From a virus (taxonomy: Duplodnaviria; Caudoviricetes): DNA of 47,605 nt. The stretch is taken from IMG/VR virus record IMGVR_UViG_3300027813_000022, positions 1 to 47,605 of that record; one strand, given 5' to 3'. Under the pieces are notes generated by a model that saw only the letters and a list, made by a program, of their open reading frames with translations, was not told the DNA's origin and searched no databases. A program made the position numbers and the translations under genes. Below, piece by piece: positions 38,092 to 47,605 of this stretch. The first letter of the stretch is position 1. Each line of letters opens with the position of its first letter.

Positions 38092-40002
38092 CTACCAAAA
38101 TTTTAATTTAGTAAGGAATTCGCCTGCACTTTTAAATGCTGTGGATATTCCTGATGGATTTCTGTACATACCGGCTGGTCCAGTTTTAGATCCTAAAAAG
38201 AAGTTTTCTGCAATAGTGGCATATTGTTTTATTTGGGCCACACTTTCAGATATGTTGCCTGATAACATACCTTGCACAAATCCTAATGCTTCTTGTTTGA
38301 TTATATTTTCAAGATTTTTTGCTGTATCGACTATTCCGGTTATTTGTTCAACTTTTAAGGTTACGTCGTCATTTAATGCCACAAGTTTTTTAACCTGATC
38401 TGATACTCCGGCTACTGTTTTGTTTGCCATTAATGTTTCTTTTATTTCTTTTAATTTTGCTGACGACATGTCTGGATTACTTTTTTTAATTTCTTCTATT
38501 ATCTGGCTAACATATTTTTTCTTACGTGCTTGACTGCTTTGTCTTGCGTATGGCTCGTGTGTCACAAAGTCCGACACTGTTGTTTTAACATCTAGCGTGT
38601 TTGGATCACCACCTTCTTTGATTGGTTTTTCTACATCTATGTCTTTGCCATCTGTAACAATAATTGCCACGTTCTCATGCTCGGGTGTTAACCAACTGCA
38701 ACCATATGACGGTGCAGATTTACCTCCTGAGTTTAAATCAATCCTTTTACCTTTCAGATCCATACGTCCACCAGCACTGTGCAGTTGTGAACCGTCAGCG
38801 TGTGACATTATGCTACCTTTGGCATAACTTTGTATTGCAGACTCTTGTGAAGCATTAAAAATTCCATACTTACCCATGTTGTATAATTGTGGTGCACTGT
38901 TGGCAATGTTTATATCAGCAACCATTCTAATTCTCTGCTTGGCATGGAAGTTAATATCTCTGTCTGAGTGTAGGTTAAAGTCACCTCCAGATCTTATGTT
39001 AATACCTGCCGCGGAAAATATGCTTATTGTTCCGTCTTTGGACATTTCTATATATGCTTTCCCTGAACCATTTGCAAGATACACAACACCGTCTGTATCG
39101 TGCATTAACAATTGGTGTCCCGATGATGTTCTAATTCTTGCAAGTCTATTTTGACCTTTTTCGTCTCCGTCATCTAAAACAAAACAATGTCCAAGATCTC
39201 TGTCTACTTGTAAAGGTGTATTGTTTATACCAATGTTTAATTCTCGAGAGTTTTGACTTATTCCGCCTGGTGTATTCCAACCAAACACTTGACTGGGTGT
39301 TTCTCTTCTTGCACTTGTTGATGTTGTACCTCTAATATCGTCTTTAATTAATCCTTCTGCAAACAGTTGTTCAGCTAACACATCATTAACTGGGTACTTC
39401 CAATTAGATATACCTTCGATTGATTCACCTTGTCCGTATACTTTTTTATTTTTTTCTTCTACCGGTAAAAAATTTGTGCCGTAATTTTTTACTTTCTGTC
39501 CGGATTTTGCGGCTATGCCTCGTTCTCTGCCACTAATAGAATTTGTATTGTTGTATGTGTTTTCTGATGACCCCATACCAGGTACTTGTTGATTTGTTAA
39601 AGGTTCTTGTATACAGCCTAACCAAAATGCGTTTTCTTGTCCTTTTTCACCTTTGGCAAATATTATTAATACGTTAGTGTCCACATCAGGTGGAATAGCC
39701 CACATACCATATGACCGTTGTTGTGGCCCTGCGTCGCCGTCCATTGTGTTTGCTTTGAAAGGCTTTGCACCATAAAACGGTGACAAGTACTGACACCATA
39801 TTACCTGTTCTGCATTAATTTGGTGTCCATCTGTTCTGGATAGTTCAGGAACTACTACTCCTAGTCTTCCCATTCTAAGAGGATCCACTGTGTTCTTAAC
39901 AACTGCAATAAACGGGCCTGAATCTTTTTGCATACCTTTTTGATTAAAGTCTTTTTGATTGTCACTTGTGTCTGCAAATCCGCTTGATATTTTATAACCC
40001 AT
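38092..40002 (-). CDS. Baseplate central spike, gp5/VgrG-like
   Basis: OB-fold VKNTVDPLRMGRLGV..YGMWAIPPD; beta-helix IRTSSGHQLLMHD onward; THEPY. Confidence 0.75.
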   Translation of the reverse strand: MGYKISSGFADTSDNQKDFNQKGMQKDSGPFIAVVKNTVDPLRMGRLGVVVPELSRTDGHQINAEQVIWCQYLSPFYGAKPFKANTMDGDAGPQQRSYGMWAIPPDVDTNVLIIFAKGEKGQENAFWLGCIQEPLTNQQVPGMGSSENTYNNTNSISGRERGIAAKSGQKVKNYGTNFLPVEEKNKKVYGQGESIEGISNWKYPVNDVLAEQLFAEGLIKDDIRGTTSTSARRETPSQVFGWNTPGGISQNSRELNIGINNTPLQVDRDLGHCFVLDDGDEKGQNRLARIRTSSGHQLLMHDTDGVVYLANGSGKAYIEMSKDGTISIFSAAGINIRSGGDFNLHSDRDINFHAKQRIRMVADINIANSAPQLYNMGKYGIFNASQESAIQSYAKGSIMSHADGSQLHSAGGRMDLKGKRIDLNSGGKSAPSYGCSWLTPEHENVAIIVTDGKDIDVEKPIKEGGDPNTLDVKTTVSDFVTHEPYARQSSQARKKKYVSQIIEEIKKSNPDMSSAKLKEIKETLMANKTVAGVSDQVKKLVALNDDVTLKVEQITGIVDTAKNLENIIKQEALGFVQGMLSGNISESVAQIKQYATIAENFFLGSKTGPAGMYRNPSGISTAFKSAGEFLTKLKFW

Positions 40003-40007
40003 CTAAA

Positions 40008-42497
40008 TTAATCCTTTTTCCATTTATTAATGCCGCCTGTTATAAAGTCTTTTTTACCTAGATTATTCATTAATTTGTTTGCCTCTTCGGAAAGCCTAGG
40101 ATTTTTTTTAACAATTCCATAGATTTCTTCATTGCCTGTTTTGCTGTAATAATCATCCATATGGTTCCACCCTTCTGTCTTTACACTTTCAGCTTGTGAT
40201 GTTACATCTTTATTAATGATACTATTTACAATCTTGCCAATAGAGCCTCCTTGTTGCTGATTTAATCTAACACAATACAACGTCTGTGTGAATGCTCCTT
40301 GATTAAATTTTGAATCTACTTTGGTTACTTGGTATATTCCGGAATAGGTATTATCTTTTTTATTTCCGGTAAATTTCATATGACCATATGTTCCTTTAAC
40401 ATCATTTATATCATCGGGCGGTCTTACAAAATTTAGCTCAATCATTGGTTGAAAATTTTCTGAGTTGAAACTGCCGTATGTCTTACTAATTACTCCGGGA
40501 CCGATTCCTTTTGCTTTTTTTGATCTGTCTTGGTGTATGTTAATAAATTGATCCTGACAAATAAATGCTGGATCTCCTAATATCTCTAATTCTATTTTAA
40601 TCATATCCACTTGTGGATTTGTTATGTAATCATAGAACTGTTGTGATTTATTTGAATTTGAGTTCATTGAGCTTGTCCCTGATATATTGCTTGGTTCAAT
40701 TCTAATATCAGAATCCCCACTTCCAAATGCCTTTATAAGATTTTCTTCAAATTTGTCATACGTTCCTTTTGCTTTATACTCGTCTTTAAATGGTCTCACG
40801 TTTCTCAAATAGTAAGCAACCTTATAATCGATTCTTAAATTTTGTATATCCACATTATCACCGGTGTATATATAATCGTATTTTTTTCTAACCCATTTTG
40901 ACCAATCCATAAATCCTAAACTAACGCCAGGTGGAAAAAATTTCAAACAGTGTAGCCTTTTTGGTATTGCTTTAAATATTATTCTCTTTGGACTTACTTT
41001 TCGTACAGGGTCAATTAACTCGGGGTTCGGAGTTTCTACACTTACTTTAATTTCAAACCAAGGAATCCACTGGTTGTCTTTTGCTTTTGCAGTAAATTGA
41101 TCACTGTTATAAAAATCTGTTAAGACTTTTCCAGTATCTACTGAATCTTTGGCCGGGCCAACTGTTGTGGGGCTAGAAGTAGACCCTGTCATTTGCATGT
41201 GCCAATACTGCCAAAACCTATCTGCAATAGCAGAATACCCTTCGCCTGTTCTAATAGCATCTTCAAAATATTTTATCAGGCTTGTTTGTCCGTCCACTTG
41301 TGCATCTGCTAGTTTGATAACAGGTGCTGTATCAATTTTAGTTTTTTCCCCAGCTACATAGCTGTTCCAAAATTTTGTAAAAAGACTTGCATTAGATTCT
41401 GCCATGGTTGAACTTAAAGTTTTAGCATACTTGGCTTGGTCTGCAACTTCATTAGATACTATAAATTCATATTGATCTTTATATGTTCTCACTCCCTCAC
41501 TTATTTCAAGGTCTTGGTCTTGGTCTAGTTGTTTTGTAACCTCTTTTATCCATTCACCTACACTGCTTACAGTGGTTGTTATTTGAGTCTTAGGAAATTT
41601 AAATCTATCATCATGGCCCAAATCTCCATGTGGTACTGCTACACACTGATATTTTGTTCCTGCTTGATCCAACTCAAACTCAACTCTCACAATAAGTATT
41701 GGAATTTTTCTCTCAAAATTTTTTTCCTCGGCAGTTATTTGTTTTCCATTCTCATCTGTGCCTTTAAACTGTATTGTTAGCAGTAACGGTGCATCCATAA
41801 AATCCCTATATCCGTTTACGAATGTTGCCGCTTTTACTTTTTCTACCAATGATACCCCGAATGGCTCAACAACAGTAAAGTTCAATTTATTTAAATTTGC
41901 TAGTCCTCTCTCTGCGTTTGGTCCAACAGTGCTTAATAGATTAAGATCCTCTAAAAACAGGTCTAATCCGTCATTTAAAATTTTGACAGAATTAGTTGGA
42001 TCGTATGTGTCGTTGGTTGTTTTATTTCCTACACCAAAATTCTTTCCTTCAGCTGATCCATAAAAGTCTTCTTCTTTTTTAAGTTTATCGTTATATTGTT
42101 TAAATTTGCCATTGCTAACCTGCGGATTTCCTATACCTCCAGATCTTGCAATAATATCATGCACAGGATTATCTAAGAATGCATGAGTTTTCATTTCTAC
42201 TTCAGAGATACCGCTTAATGTAAGAATATAGTTGTGGGTGGCAAATTTGTGTAAGCTATTTGTGTGTAAGCCGGATTCATTGTCTGTCGATGTTACTTCT
42301 TCTTTTACTACACCAAAAGATGCTACATCAACACCGTCCCAGTCATTATAGTTCAGTCCTGTAATGTCATTAACTTTTTCCCCGATCTTATTCTTTACAT
42401 CATGAATGTTTTTTGTAATAAAATTGTTAACTTCTTTAGATGCTCTTTTTGTTATATCGGTTTTGGCTCGTTGATAATAATCTGAAAATTTACCCAT
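40008..42497 (-). CDS. Probable baseplate hub protein (gp27-like)
   Basis: Position between gp53 and gp5; FTVVEPFG, KKYDYIYTG, LEILGDP, SGIYQVTKVDSKF..FTQTL. Confidence 0.6.
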   Translation of the reverse strand: MGKFSDYYQRAKTDITKRASKEVNNFITKNIHDVKNKIGEKVNDITGLNYNDWDGVDVASFGVVKEEVTSTDNESGLHTNSLHKFATHNYILTLSGISEVEMKTHAFLDNPVHDIIARSGGIGNPQVSNGKFKQYNDKLKKEEDFYGSAEGKNFGVGNKTTNDTYDPTNSVKILNDGLDLFLEDLNLLSTVGPNAERGLANLNKLNFTVVEPFGVSLVEKVKAATFVNGYRDFMDAPLLLTIQFKGTDENGKQITAEEKNFERKIPILIVRVEFELDQAGTKYQCVAVPHGDLGHDDRFKFPKTQITTTVSSVGEWIKEVTKQLDQDQDLEISEGVRTYKDQYEFIVSNEVADQAKYAKTLSSTMAESNASLFTKFWNSYVAGEKTKIDTAPVIKLADAQVDGQTSLIKYFEDAIRTGEGYSAIADRFWQYWHMQMTGSTSSPTTVGPAKDSVDTGKVLTDFYNSDQFTAKAKDNQWIPWFEIKVSVETPNPELIDPVRKVSPKRIIFKAIPKRLHCLKFFPPGVSLGFMDWSKWVRKKYDYIYTGDNVDIQNLRIDYKVAYYLRNVRPFKDEYKAKGTYDKFEENLIKAFGSGDSDIRIEPSNISGTSSMNSNSNKSQQFYDYITNPQVDMIKIELEILGDPAFICQDQFINIHQDRSKKAKGIGPGVISKTYGSFNSENFQPMIELNFVRPPDDINDVKGTYGHMKFTGNKKDNTYSGIYQVTKVDSKFNQGAFTQTLYCVRLNQQQGGSIGKIVNSIINKDVTSQAESVKTEGWNHMDDYYSKTGNEEIYGIVKKNPRLSEEANKLMNNLGKKDFITGGINKWKKD

Positions 42498-42498
42498 T

Positions 42499-42798
42499 CT
42501 ATACTCCTAAATCACTAGAAATATTATTCGCCTTAGGTAATTGAATTGTTACTCCAGGTTTGAAATCATATATCGGATCTTCAATTTGATCTGGGTTACG
42601 TTGTGCGAATACCCACCATAGTCGTGGAGTGCCATAAAGATCATATGCTAACAAATCTGGTCTATACGCATAGGTTCTTTCTATGGTATATGTTTGATCA
42701 TCTAGTTCTGCTGTTATTGATCTTGGCACAAACATTCCTAGATTGATATTATTTTGTGGAGTAGCATAATATGGTGATGTGTTTGAATAATCAGCCAT
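42499..42798 (-). CDS. Baseplate wedge protein, gp53-like (LysM-like)
   Basis: RPDLLAYDLYGTPRLWWVFAQRN..PGVTIQLP. Confidence 0.85.
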   Translation of the reverse strand: MADYSNTSPYYATPQNNINLGMFVPRSITAELDDQTYTIERTYAYRPDLLAYDLYGTPRLWWVFAQRNPDQIEDPIYDFKPGVTIQLPKANNISSDLGV

Positions 42799-43640
42799 TA
42801 TACTAAACCTATTCCTCTTTCTGTGTCTAGAGATCCATCGGCAAATTTTCTCAATGAAAAGTTTTTAATTGTATCTCTGCTGTAAACTGGAGTTACCATA
42901 CAAGAAATTGTTGATATTGTTGGTGCCCATGAGGCATCGGCCGCCATGTCTGCATCTGCATTGAATCTATCACCATCTTCGCCTTCAACTCCTCCACTGC
43001 CTAAACTTAAAACTTCGTGCTGTTTTGTAGAAATGTAATCAATGCCAGGTCTTAGTTCAACACTGAATTGATTTATTACTACTGGAACTTTGTTGTAAAC
43101 ATGATCTCCGTATCCTGAGAAATGCATAATAGGTGGTGGTGAGCCTTTTTCTTTGCTGTCACCAAAAGCCATTTTGCTCATTGTTCTTAAAAATTTTACT
43201 GTGGCTATCCAATGTTTGGCATCCTCAGCATTTTGCACTGGAAATTCTCCCACTATACTAATCGTGTCCACTTGTGAATTTTGATATGCTTGAAAAGGAT
43301 AGTTGTTGTGTGTTTGTGCTAGTGCATTATAGTTTGCCGAGTTCTGTACAATTACTGCAGGTGTTATTGGCCAAAACACACCATTTGATTCCTCTAGTGG
43401 TGCTAGTATCTCGTTGTTCTCTAACAAATGTCTGAATGCTGACTGATCTGGTAATTGTAATCTAACCCTCCAATCTCTAGTAGATCCTCTGCCAGACCAT
43501 TTTGCTTTAGCCGACTGTATACGACTATTATCACCCAATCCAGCACCCGTTAGTCGTGCCCATGTCTTGTTGATAAATCCCGATCCTAAGTTTTTGATAG
43601 TTTTACCTAGTGACGGCTTTTGTGGTATATTAATTGACAT
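42798..43640 (-). CDS. Probable tail-tube initiator/baseplate protein (gp48/54-like)
   Basis: FWPITP..ANY..HNNY..YQNS; GSPPP..FSGYG..VPVVI; first gene of the baseplate operon. Confidence 0.55.
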   Translation of the reverse strand: MSINIPQKPSLGKTIKNLGSGFINKTWARLTGAGLGDNSRIQSAKAKWSGRGSTRDWRVRLQLPDQSAFRHLLENNEILAPLEESNGVFWPITPAVIVQNSANYNALAQTHNNYPFQAYQNSQVDTISIVGEFPVQNAEDAKHWIATVKFLRTMSKMAFGDSKEKGSPPPIMHFSGYGDHVYNKVPVVINQFSVELRPGIDYISTKQHEVLSLGSGGVEGEDGDRFNADADMAADASWAPTISTISCMVTPVYSRDTIKNFSLRKFADGSLDTERGIGLV

Positions 43641-43649
43641 ACTAAATGG

Positions 43650-43678
43650 TTGCTTTCCTTTTCATAATTTTGTATACT
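43650..43678 (+). promoter_or_regulatory. Sigma70-like promoter TTGCTT-N17-TATACT for the gp55-gp47-gp46 operon
   Basis: GTTGCTTtccttttcataattttgTATACT; 17-nt spacer counted. Confidence 0.65.
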
Positions 43679-43686
43679 ATAAACTA

Positions 43687-43694
43687 TATTTATA
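43687..43694 (-). promoter_or_regulatory. T4-type late promoter TATAAATA for the baseplate operon
   Basis: Exact consensus in the divergent intergenic region. Confidence 0.75.
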
Positions 43695-43785
43695 GGCACA
43701 ATAATAGGCGCATTTAATTACCCATACGGCACGATAACAACAGACCTGTTTGTGGTCACTTTTACACTAACAATATTGGAGAATT

Positions 43786-44766
43786 ATGAAAAGAGTAAAG
43801 TACCTAAATAACAGAGATTTGTTGGCCCAAATACATGCCAGTAAAAATACCTACTGCTCATATGTCGGTGATGATGATTCGCAGTTTGATTTAATAGTGC
43901 CTAGTTTAAAGAAACTAAATGCTAGTGCTGTGGCACAGGCTAGAAAAGCCAAAGCAAAGAGATTAACACAGGTAGCATGGGAACAAGCCAAAGAGGCAGG
44001 ACTTAAAAAGATTAAACTTTCAGACTACACATTGTCGCCTAGGAAGATCGAAAAGACAGATCTTGTGTTTAGGGTAATGATGTTTGATCATGTACCACTA
44101 GATGACCTAAGAAAAAAGAATAAAAAAACAGTTGCAGATCATCACACAAAAGTAAACTTTCCACCATTTCAACATTATAGGCTTGATATCAAAGGTACTC
44201 CACAATGCGTAGGAAAATCACATTGGGTAGGCGGCATGGACAACGGAAACTTTAGTTGTACTCATGGCAAGATGACCAATAGTTTAGCAATGATGTATAT
44301 GAAATTGTGTGAACGGTATGGAACAAGATCCAATTGGAGAGGTTACACATACAATGATGAGATGCAGTCACAAGCACTGATGCAACTATCACAAATTGGT
44401 TTGCAATTCGATGAGTCAAAATCAGACAATCCGTTTGCATATTACACAGCGGCTATTACAAATAGTTTTACAAGAATACTAAACATAGAAAAGAAAAATC
44501 AAGCAATCAGAGACGACCTGTTAGAAGTTAATAACATGATGCCTTCGTTTACTAGACAAAATGAGAATGATGCAAAATCACCTGCACACATAAAAAGAAT
44601 GAAGACTGTACATGGTGATGTTATGCAGGTTAATAAAACTGGTATTGCAAAATTGAATAGAGCATTAAAGAAAAAAGGCAAGATTGAATCAAAAGACTTC
44701 GAAGGAGTTAAATCTAAAAAAGTTGACATGACCAATCACCAACCAATTGTAAAAAAGAGATGGTAG
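43786..44766 (+). CDS. Late transcription sigma factor, T4 gp55-like
   Basis: YLNNRDLL; NWRGYTYNDEM; FDESKSDNPFAYYT..NSFTRILNIEKK; lies next to gp47/gp46. Confidence 0.85.
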   Translation: MKRVKYLNNRDLLAQIHASKNTYCSYVGDDDSQFDLIVPSLKKLNASAVAQARKAKAKRLTQVAWEQAKEAGLKKIKLSDYTLSPRKIEKTDLVFRVMMFDHVPLDDLRKKNKKTVADHHTKVNFPPFQHYRLDIKGTPQCVGKSHWVGGMDNGNFSCTHGKMTNSLAMMYMKLCERYGTRSNWRGYTYNDEMQSQALMQLSQIGLQFDESKSDNPFAYYTAAITNSFTRILNIEKKNQAIRDDLLEVNNMMPSFTRQNENDAKSPAHIKRMKTVHGDVMQVNKTGIAKLNRALKKKGKIESKDFEGVKSKKVDMTNHQPIVKKRW

Positions 44767-44771
44767 TATAA

Positions 44772-45794
44772 ATGGCATTCTTTAAAAAAGTTGCTTGTTT
44801 TACAGACATACACTTCGGCATGAAGGGTAATTCTAGAATACACAACGACGACTGTGAAGATTTTGTAAAATGGTTTATAGAGCAAGCCAAAGCAGAAGGC
44901 TGTGAAACTTGCATATTCCTAGGTGATTGGCATCATCATAGATCTTCAACCAATGTTTCCACAATGAACTATACAGTGTCTAACATGGAAAAACTAGGTG
45001 CGGCGTTTGAGAAGGTTTATGTTATCATGGGCAATCACGATTTATTCTACAGAGAAAAAAGAGAAATTAATTCTATGGAGTTTATAAGAAACATACCAAA
45101 CATACATCTTGTTAATGAATGGATTGTTGAAGATGATGTTGCAATTATTCCGTGGATAGTGGGAGACGAATATAAAAAAATTCAAAAAATGAAACAACAA
45201 TATGTGTTTGGACATTTCGAACTGCCATACTTTAAAATGAATGCTATGGTAGACATGCCAGATGTTGGCGGAATACAAACTGATCATTTTGCAGGCTGTG
45301 AACAAGTGTTCTCCGGACACTTCCATAAAAGACAACAGATGAAAAATGTAACGTATATGGGTAATGCATTTCCGCACAATTACGCAGATGCTTGGGACGA
45401 TGATCGAGGCATGATGATTATAGAAATGGGTGGAAAACCTAAATATATTAATTGGCCTGATATGCCAAGATATATCACTATCAAAATAAGTGAGCTATTA
45501 GAAGATCCAGAAAAATATTTAAAACCTAAAATGTATGTGAGGGTTACACTTGATGTAAAAATATCATATGAAGAGGCAAACTTTATCAGGGAAACTTTTA
45601 TAGACAAATACAATTTAAGAGAACTACAACTAATACCAGAACAAATTGATCAAGCACAACAACCACTTGTTAAGGTGCAAAAGTTTGACAGTGTGGATCA
45701 AATTGTTATCAAACAATTACAAGGTGTTGATTCAGAAACTTACGACAAAAATATACTCACAGCAATTTACAATGATTTAGATGTTAACAATTAA
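44772..45794 (+). CDS. Recombination endonuclease, T4 gp47 / Mre11 / SbcD-like
   Basis: Metallophosphoesterase motifs DIHFG, LGD, GNHD, GHFE, SGHFH. Confidence 0.93.
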   Translation: MAFFKKVACFTDIHFGMKGNSRIHNDDCEDFVKWFIEQAKAEGCETCIFLGDWHHHRSSTNVSTMNYTVSNMEKLGAAFEKVYVIMGNHDLFYREKREINSMEFIRNIPNIHLVNEWIVEDDVAIIPWIVGDEYKKIQKMKQQYVFGHFELPYFKMNAMVDMPDVGGIQTDHFAGCEQVFSGHFHKRQQMKNVTYMGNAFPHNYADAWDDDRGMMIIEMGGKPKYINWPDMPRYITIKISELLEDPEKYLKPKMYVRVTLDVKISYEEANFIRETFIDKYNLRELQLIPEQIDQAQQPLVKVQKFDSVDQIVIKQLQGVDSETYDKNILTAIYNDLDVNN

Positions 45795-47556
45795 AGAACT
45801 AACAGTTAAGAACTTCATGAGCGTGGGCAATCAGGTCCAAGCAATTAACTTCGCCGACAAAAGCCTAGTGCTTGTTATTGGTGAGAACATGGACCTAGGT
45901 GGTGACGATGCAGGTGCTAGGAACGGTACAGGTAAAACTACTATTATCAATGCACTATCATATGTGTTCTTTGGAGAAGCCCTAACAAATATTAGAAGAG
46001 ATAATCTTGTTAACAAAACTAACGAAAAGGGCATGATCACAAGTGTCAAGTTTATAAAGAACAATATCGAGTACACTATTGAAAGAGGAAGAAAACCTCA
46101 GATATTTAAATTCTATGCAAATGACATTGAGCAAAACTTAGAATCAAATGAAGCACAGGGTGAAAACAGAGAAACACAATTAGAAATAAACAGACTGATG
46201 GGTATGACTCATGCTATGTTTAAAAATATAATTGCATTGAACACTTATACACAACCGTTTTTATCAACCAAACAAGCAGAACAAAGAGAAATTATCGAAC
46301 AGCTACTTGGTATAACACTACTATCAGCTAAAGCAGATTTATTAAAAGAAAAACAAAAAGCAACCAAACAAATACTAACTGAAGAAAAACTATTGCTAGA
46401 TACAAGAGTTGCATCCAATGAAAAAATTAAAGAATCAATTGAAAGTTTAAAAATAAGATCTAGTGCATGGCAAACACAAAAAGAACAAGATGCTAACAGT
46501 TTTGCAGAAGCAATAACAGAACTGGAAAAAGTAGATATCAAAGCGGAACTGGATGCACACAAACGTCTGCAAAAACATAGTGAAATGCAAACTGCATTAA
46601 GAAGTTTACAAAAAGAAAAAGCATATCATGAGGATTCTTTTACTAAAGCAAAAAGCACAGTTGAAAAAACTGAGGGTGATTTAGAATATGCGGCACAACA
46701 AAAATGTCCGACATGTGAGCAAGAATTACTAGACGACAAGCACACACATCTTGTAGACAAACTTAAAGCAACACTATCCGAAGGTAAAATAGATGTTGAA
46801 AAATTAGAAAGTAATCTTGCAAAAATACAACACGACATAGATGAAATAGGTGATTTAGGCAATACTCCAGACACATATTATGACTCCATGGACGAAGCAT
46901 ATAATCATAAAGGATCCTTAAAGGATCTAAAAAGACAGCTAGAACAAAATGAAGCAAAACATGATCCTTATGCAGAACAAGTCGAAGAACTTAAAAAAAC
47001 TGCAATACAAGAAGTTAGTTTTGAAAAGGCCAACGAGATGGAAGATTTGCACAGGCACCAAGAGTTTTTATACAAACTGCTAACAGCAAAAGATTCATTT
47101 ATAAGAACAAGAATTATTGAACAAAACTTAACCTACTTGAATCAAAGATTAGCACACTTCTTGGGCAAAGTAAAACTTCCGCACTCAGTAACTTTCCAAT
47201 CAGACCTAAGTGTGCGTATCGAAGAGCTAGGCAGAGAATTAGACTTTGACAATTTAAGTAGAGGTGAAAGAAACAGACTAATATTAAGTTTAAGTTGGGC
47301 ATTCAGAGATGTTTGGGAAAGTCTGTATCAACAGATTAATTTACTGTTTATAGATGAGCTTGTAGATGCTGGTATGGATATATCAGGTGTTGAAAGTTCT
47401 ATGGCTGTGCTTAAAGATATGAGTAGAACACAAAACAAAAATATTTTCTTAATTTCCCACAAAGACGAATTAGTAAGCAGAGTAAATTCTGTACTTAAAG
47501 TTGTTAAAGAAAACGGCTTTACAAATTATGCCAACGATGTTGAGATGATTGTGTAA
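45781..47556 (+). CDS. Recombination ATPase, T4 gp46 / Rad50 / SbcC-like
   Basis: Walker A NGTGKTT, coiled coil with CPTC hook, LSRGE signature, LFIDE Walker B, ISH. Confidence 0.93.
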   Translation: MLTIKELTVKNFMSVGNQVQAINFADKSLVLVIGENMDLGGDDAGARNGTGKTTIINALSYVFFGEALTNIRRDNLVNKTNEKGMITSVKFIKNNIEYTIERGRKPQIFKFYANDIEQNLESNEAQGENRETQLEINRLMGMTHAMFKNIIALNTYTQPFLSTKQAEQREIIEQLLGITLLSAKADLLKEKQKATKQILTEEKLLLDTRVASNEKIKESIESLKIRSSAWQTQKEQDANSFAEAITELEKVDIKAELDAHKRLQKHSEMQTALRSLQKEKAYHEDSFTKAKSTVEKTEGDLEYAAQQKCPTCEQELLDDKHTHLVDKLKATLSEGKIDVEKLESNLAKIQHDIDEIGDLGNTPDTYYDSMDEAYNHKGSLKDLKRQLEQNEAKHDPYAEQVEELKKTAIQEVSFEKANEMEDLHRHQEFLYKLLTAKDSFIRTRIIEQNLTYLNQRLAHFLGKVKLPHSVTFQSDLSVRIEELGRELDFDNLSRGERNRLILSLSWAFRDVWESLYQQINLLFIDELVDAGMDISGVESSMAVLKDMSRTQNKNIFLISHKDELVSRVNSVLKVVKENGFTNYANDVEMIV

Positions 47557-47605
47557 TGAAAGTTCTGATTACAGGCGGCAACGGATTTTTAGCAAACAGT
47601 TTAAA
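47556..47605 (+). CDS. Partial NAD-dependent epimerase/dehydratase-like gene (runs off the window)
   Basis: MKVLITGGNGFLANSL Rossmann start; TAATG overlap with the gp46 stop. Confidence 0.65.
   Translation, partial: MKVLITGGNGFLANSL

Noticed and set aside
44767-44774. TATAAATG before the gp47-like gene as a late promoter
   Set aside because: Mismatches the consensus and includes the start codon itself
1681-47302. Numerous 60-216 aa antisense or nested ORFs in the track (e.g. 18061..18711, 19388..19924, 35515..36033)
   Set aside because: Fully inside well-supported genes, with no recognisable motifs; expected from codon bias
1-47605. CRISPR array, tRNA/ncRNA, diversity-generating retroelement, introns or stop-codon recoding
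   Set aside because: Intergenic gaps are under about 150 nt with no repeat-spacer or cloverleaf pattern seen; no reverse transcriptase; genes tile densely in the standard code

Overview
AT-rich, gene-dense fragment of a large T4-related (probably jumbo, aquatic-type) myophage genome in the standard genetic code. Right end (+ strand): gp55-like late sigma factor, gp47/gp46 (Mre11/Rad50-like) recombination nuclease and the start of an NAD-dependent epimerase. Everything else is on the - strand. First is a baseplate module (gp48/54-like, gp53, hub, gp5-like spike without a recognisable lysozyme, gp25, gp6 and a 4271-aa multidomain protein). Next is a tail-fibre cluster with two G2-type self-cleaving chaperone fibres and a Gly-rich adhesin fused to a Hint domain, followed by hydroxylase, SDR and GNAT genes. 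Last is a tightly coupled ~11.7-kb enzyme operon: three glycosyltransferase-like genes, five tandem N-terminal-twitch radical SAM enzymes, an SGNH protein, a 34-aa peptide, a GNAT-like protein and a cupin. Best candidate new systems: (i) the glycosyltransferase + 5x radical SAM operon, with its own sigma70-like leaderless promoter; (ii) the Hint-adhesin tailoring cassette; (iii) a head-to-head overlap of the late-sigma gene's promoter with a late promoter, a possible feedback switch. All protein calls come from motif recognition by eye; no database searches were run.
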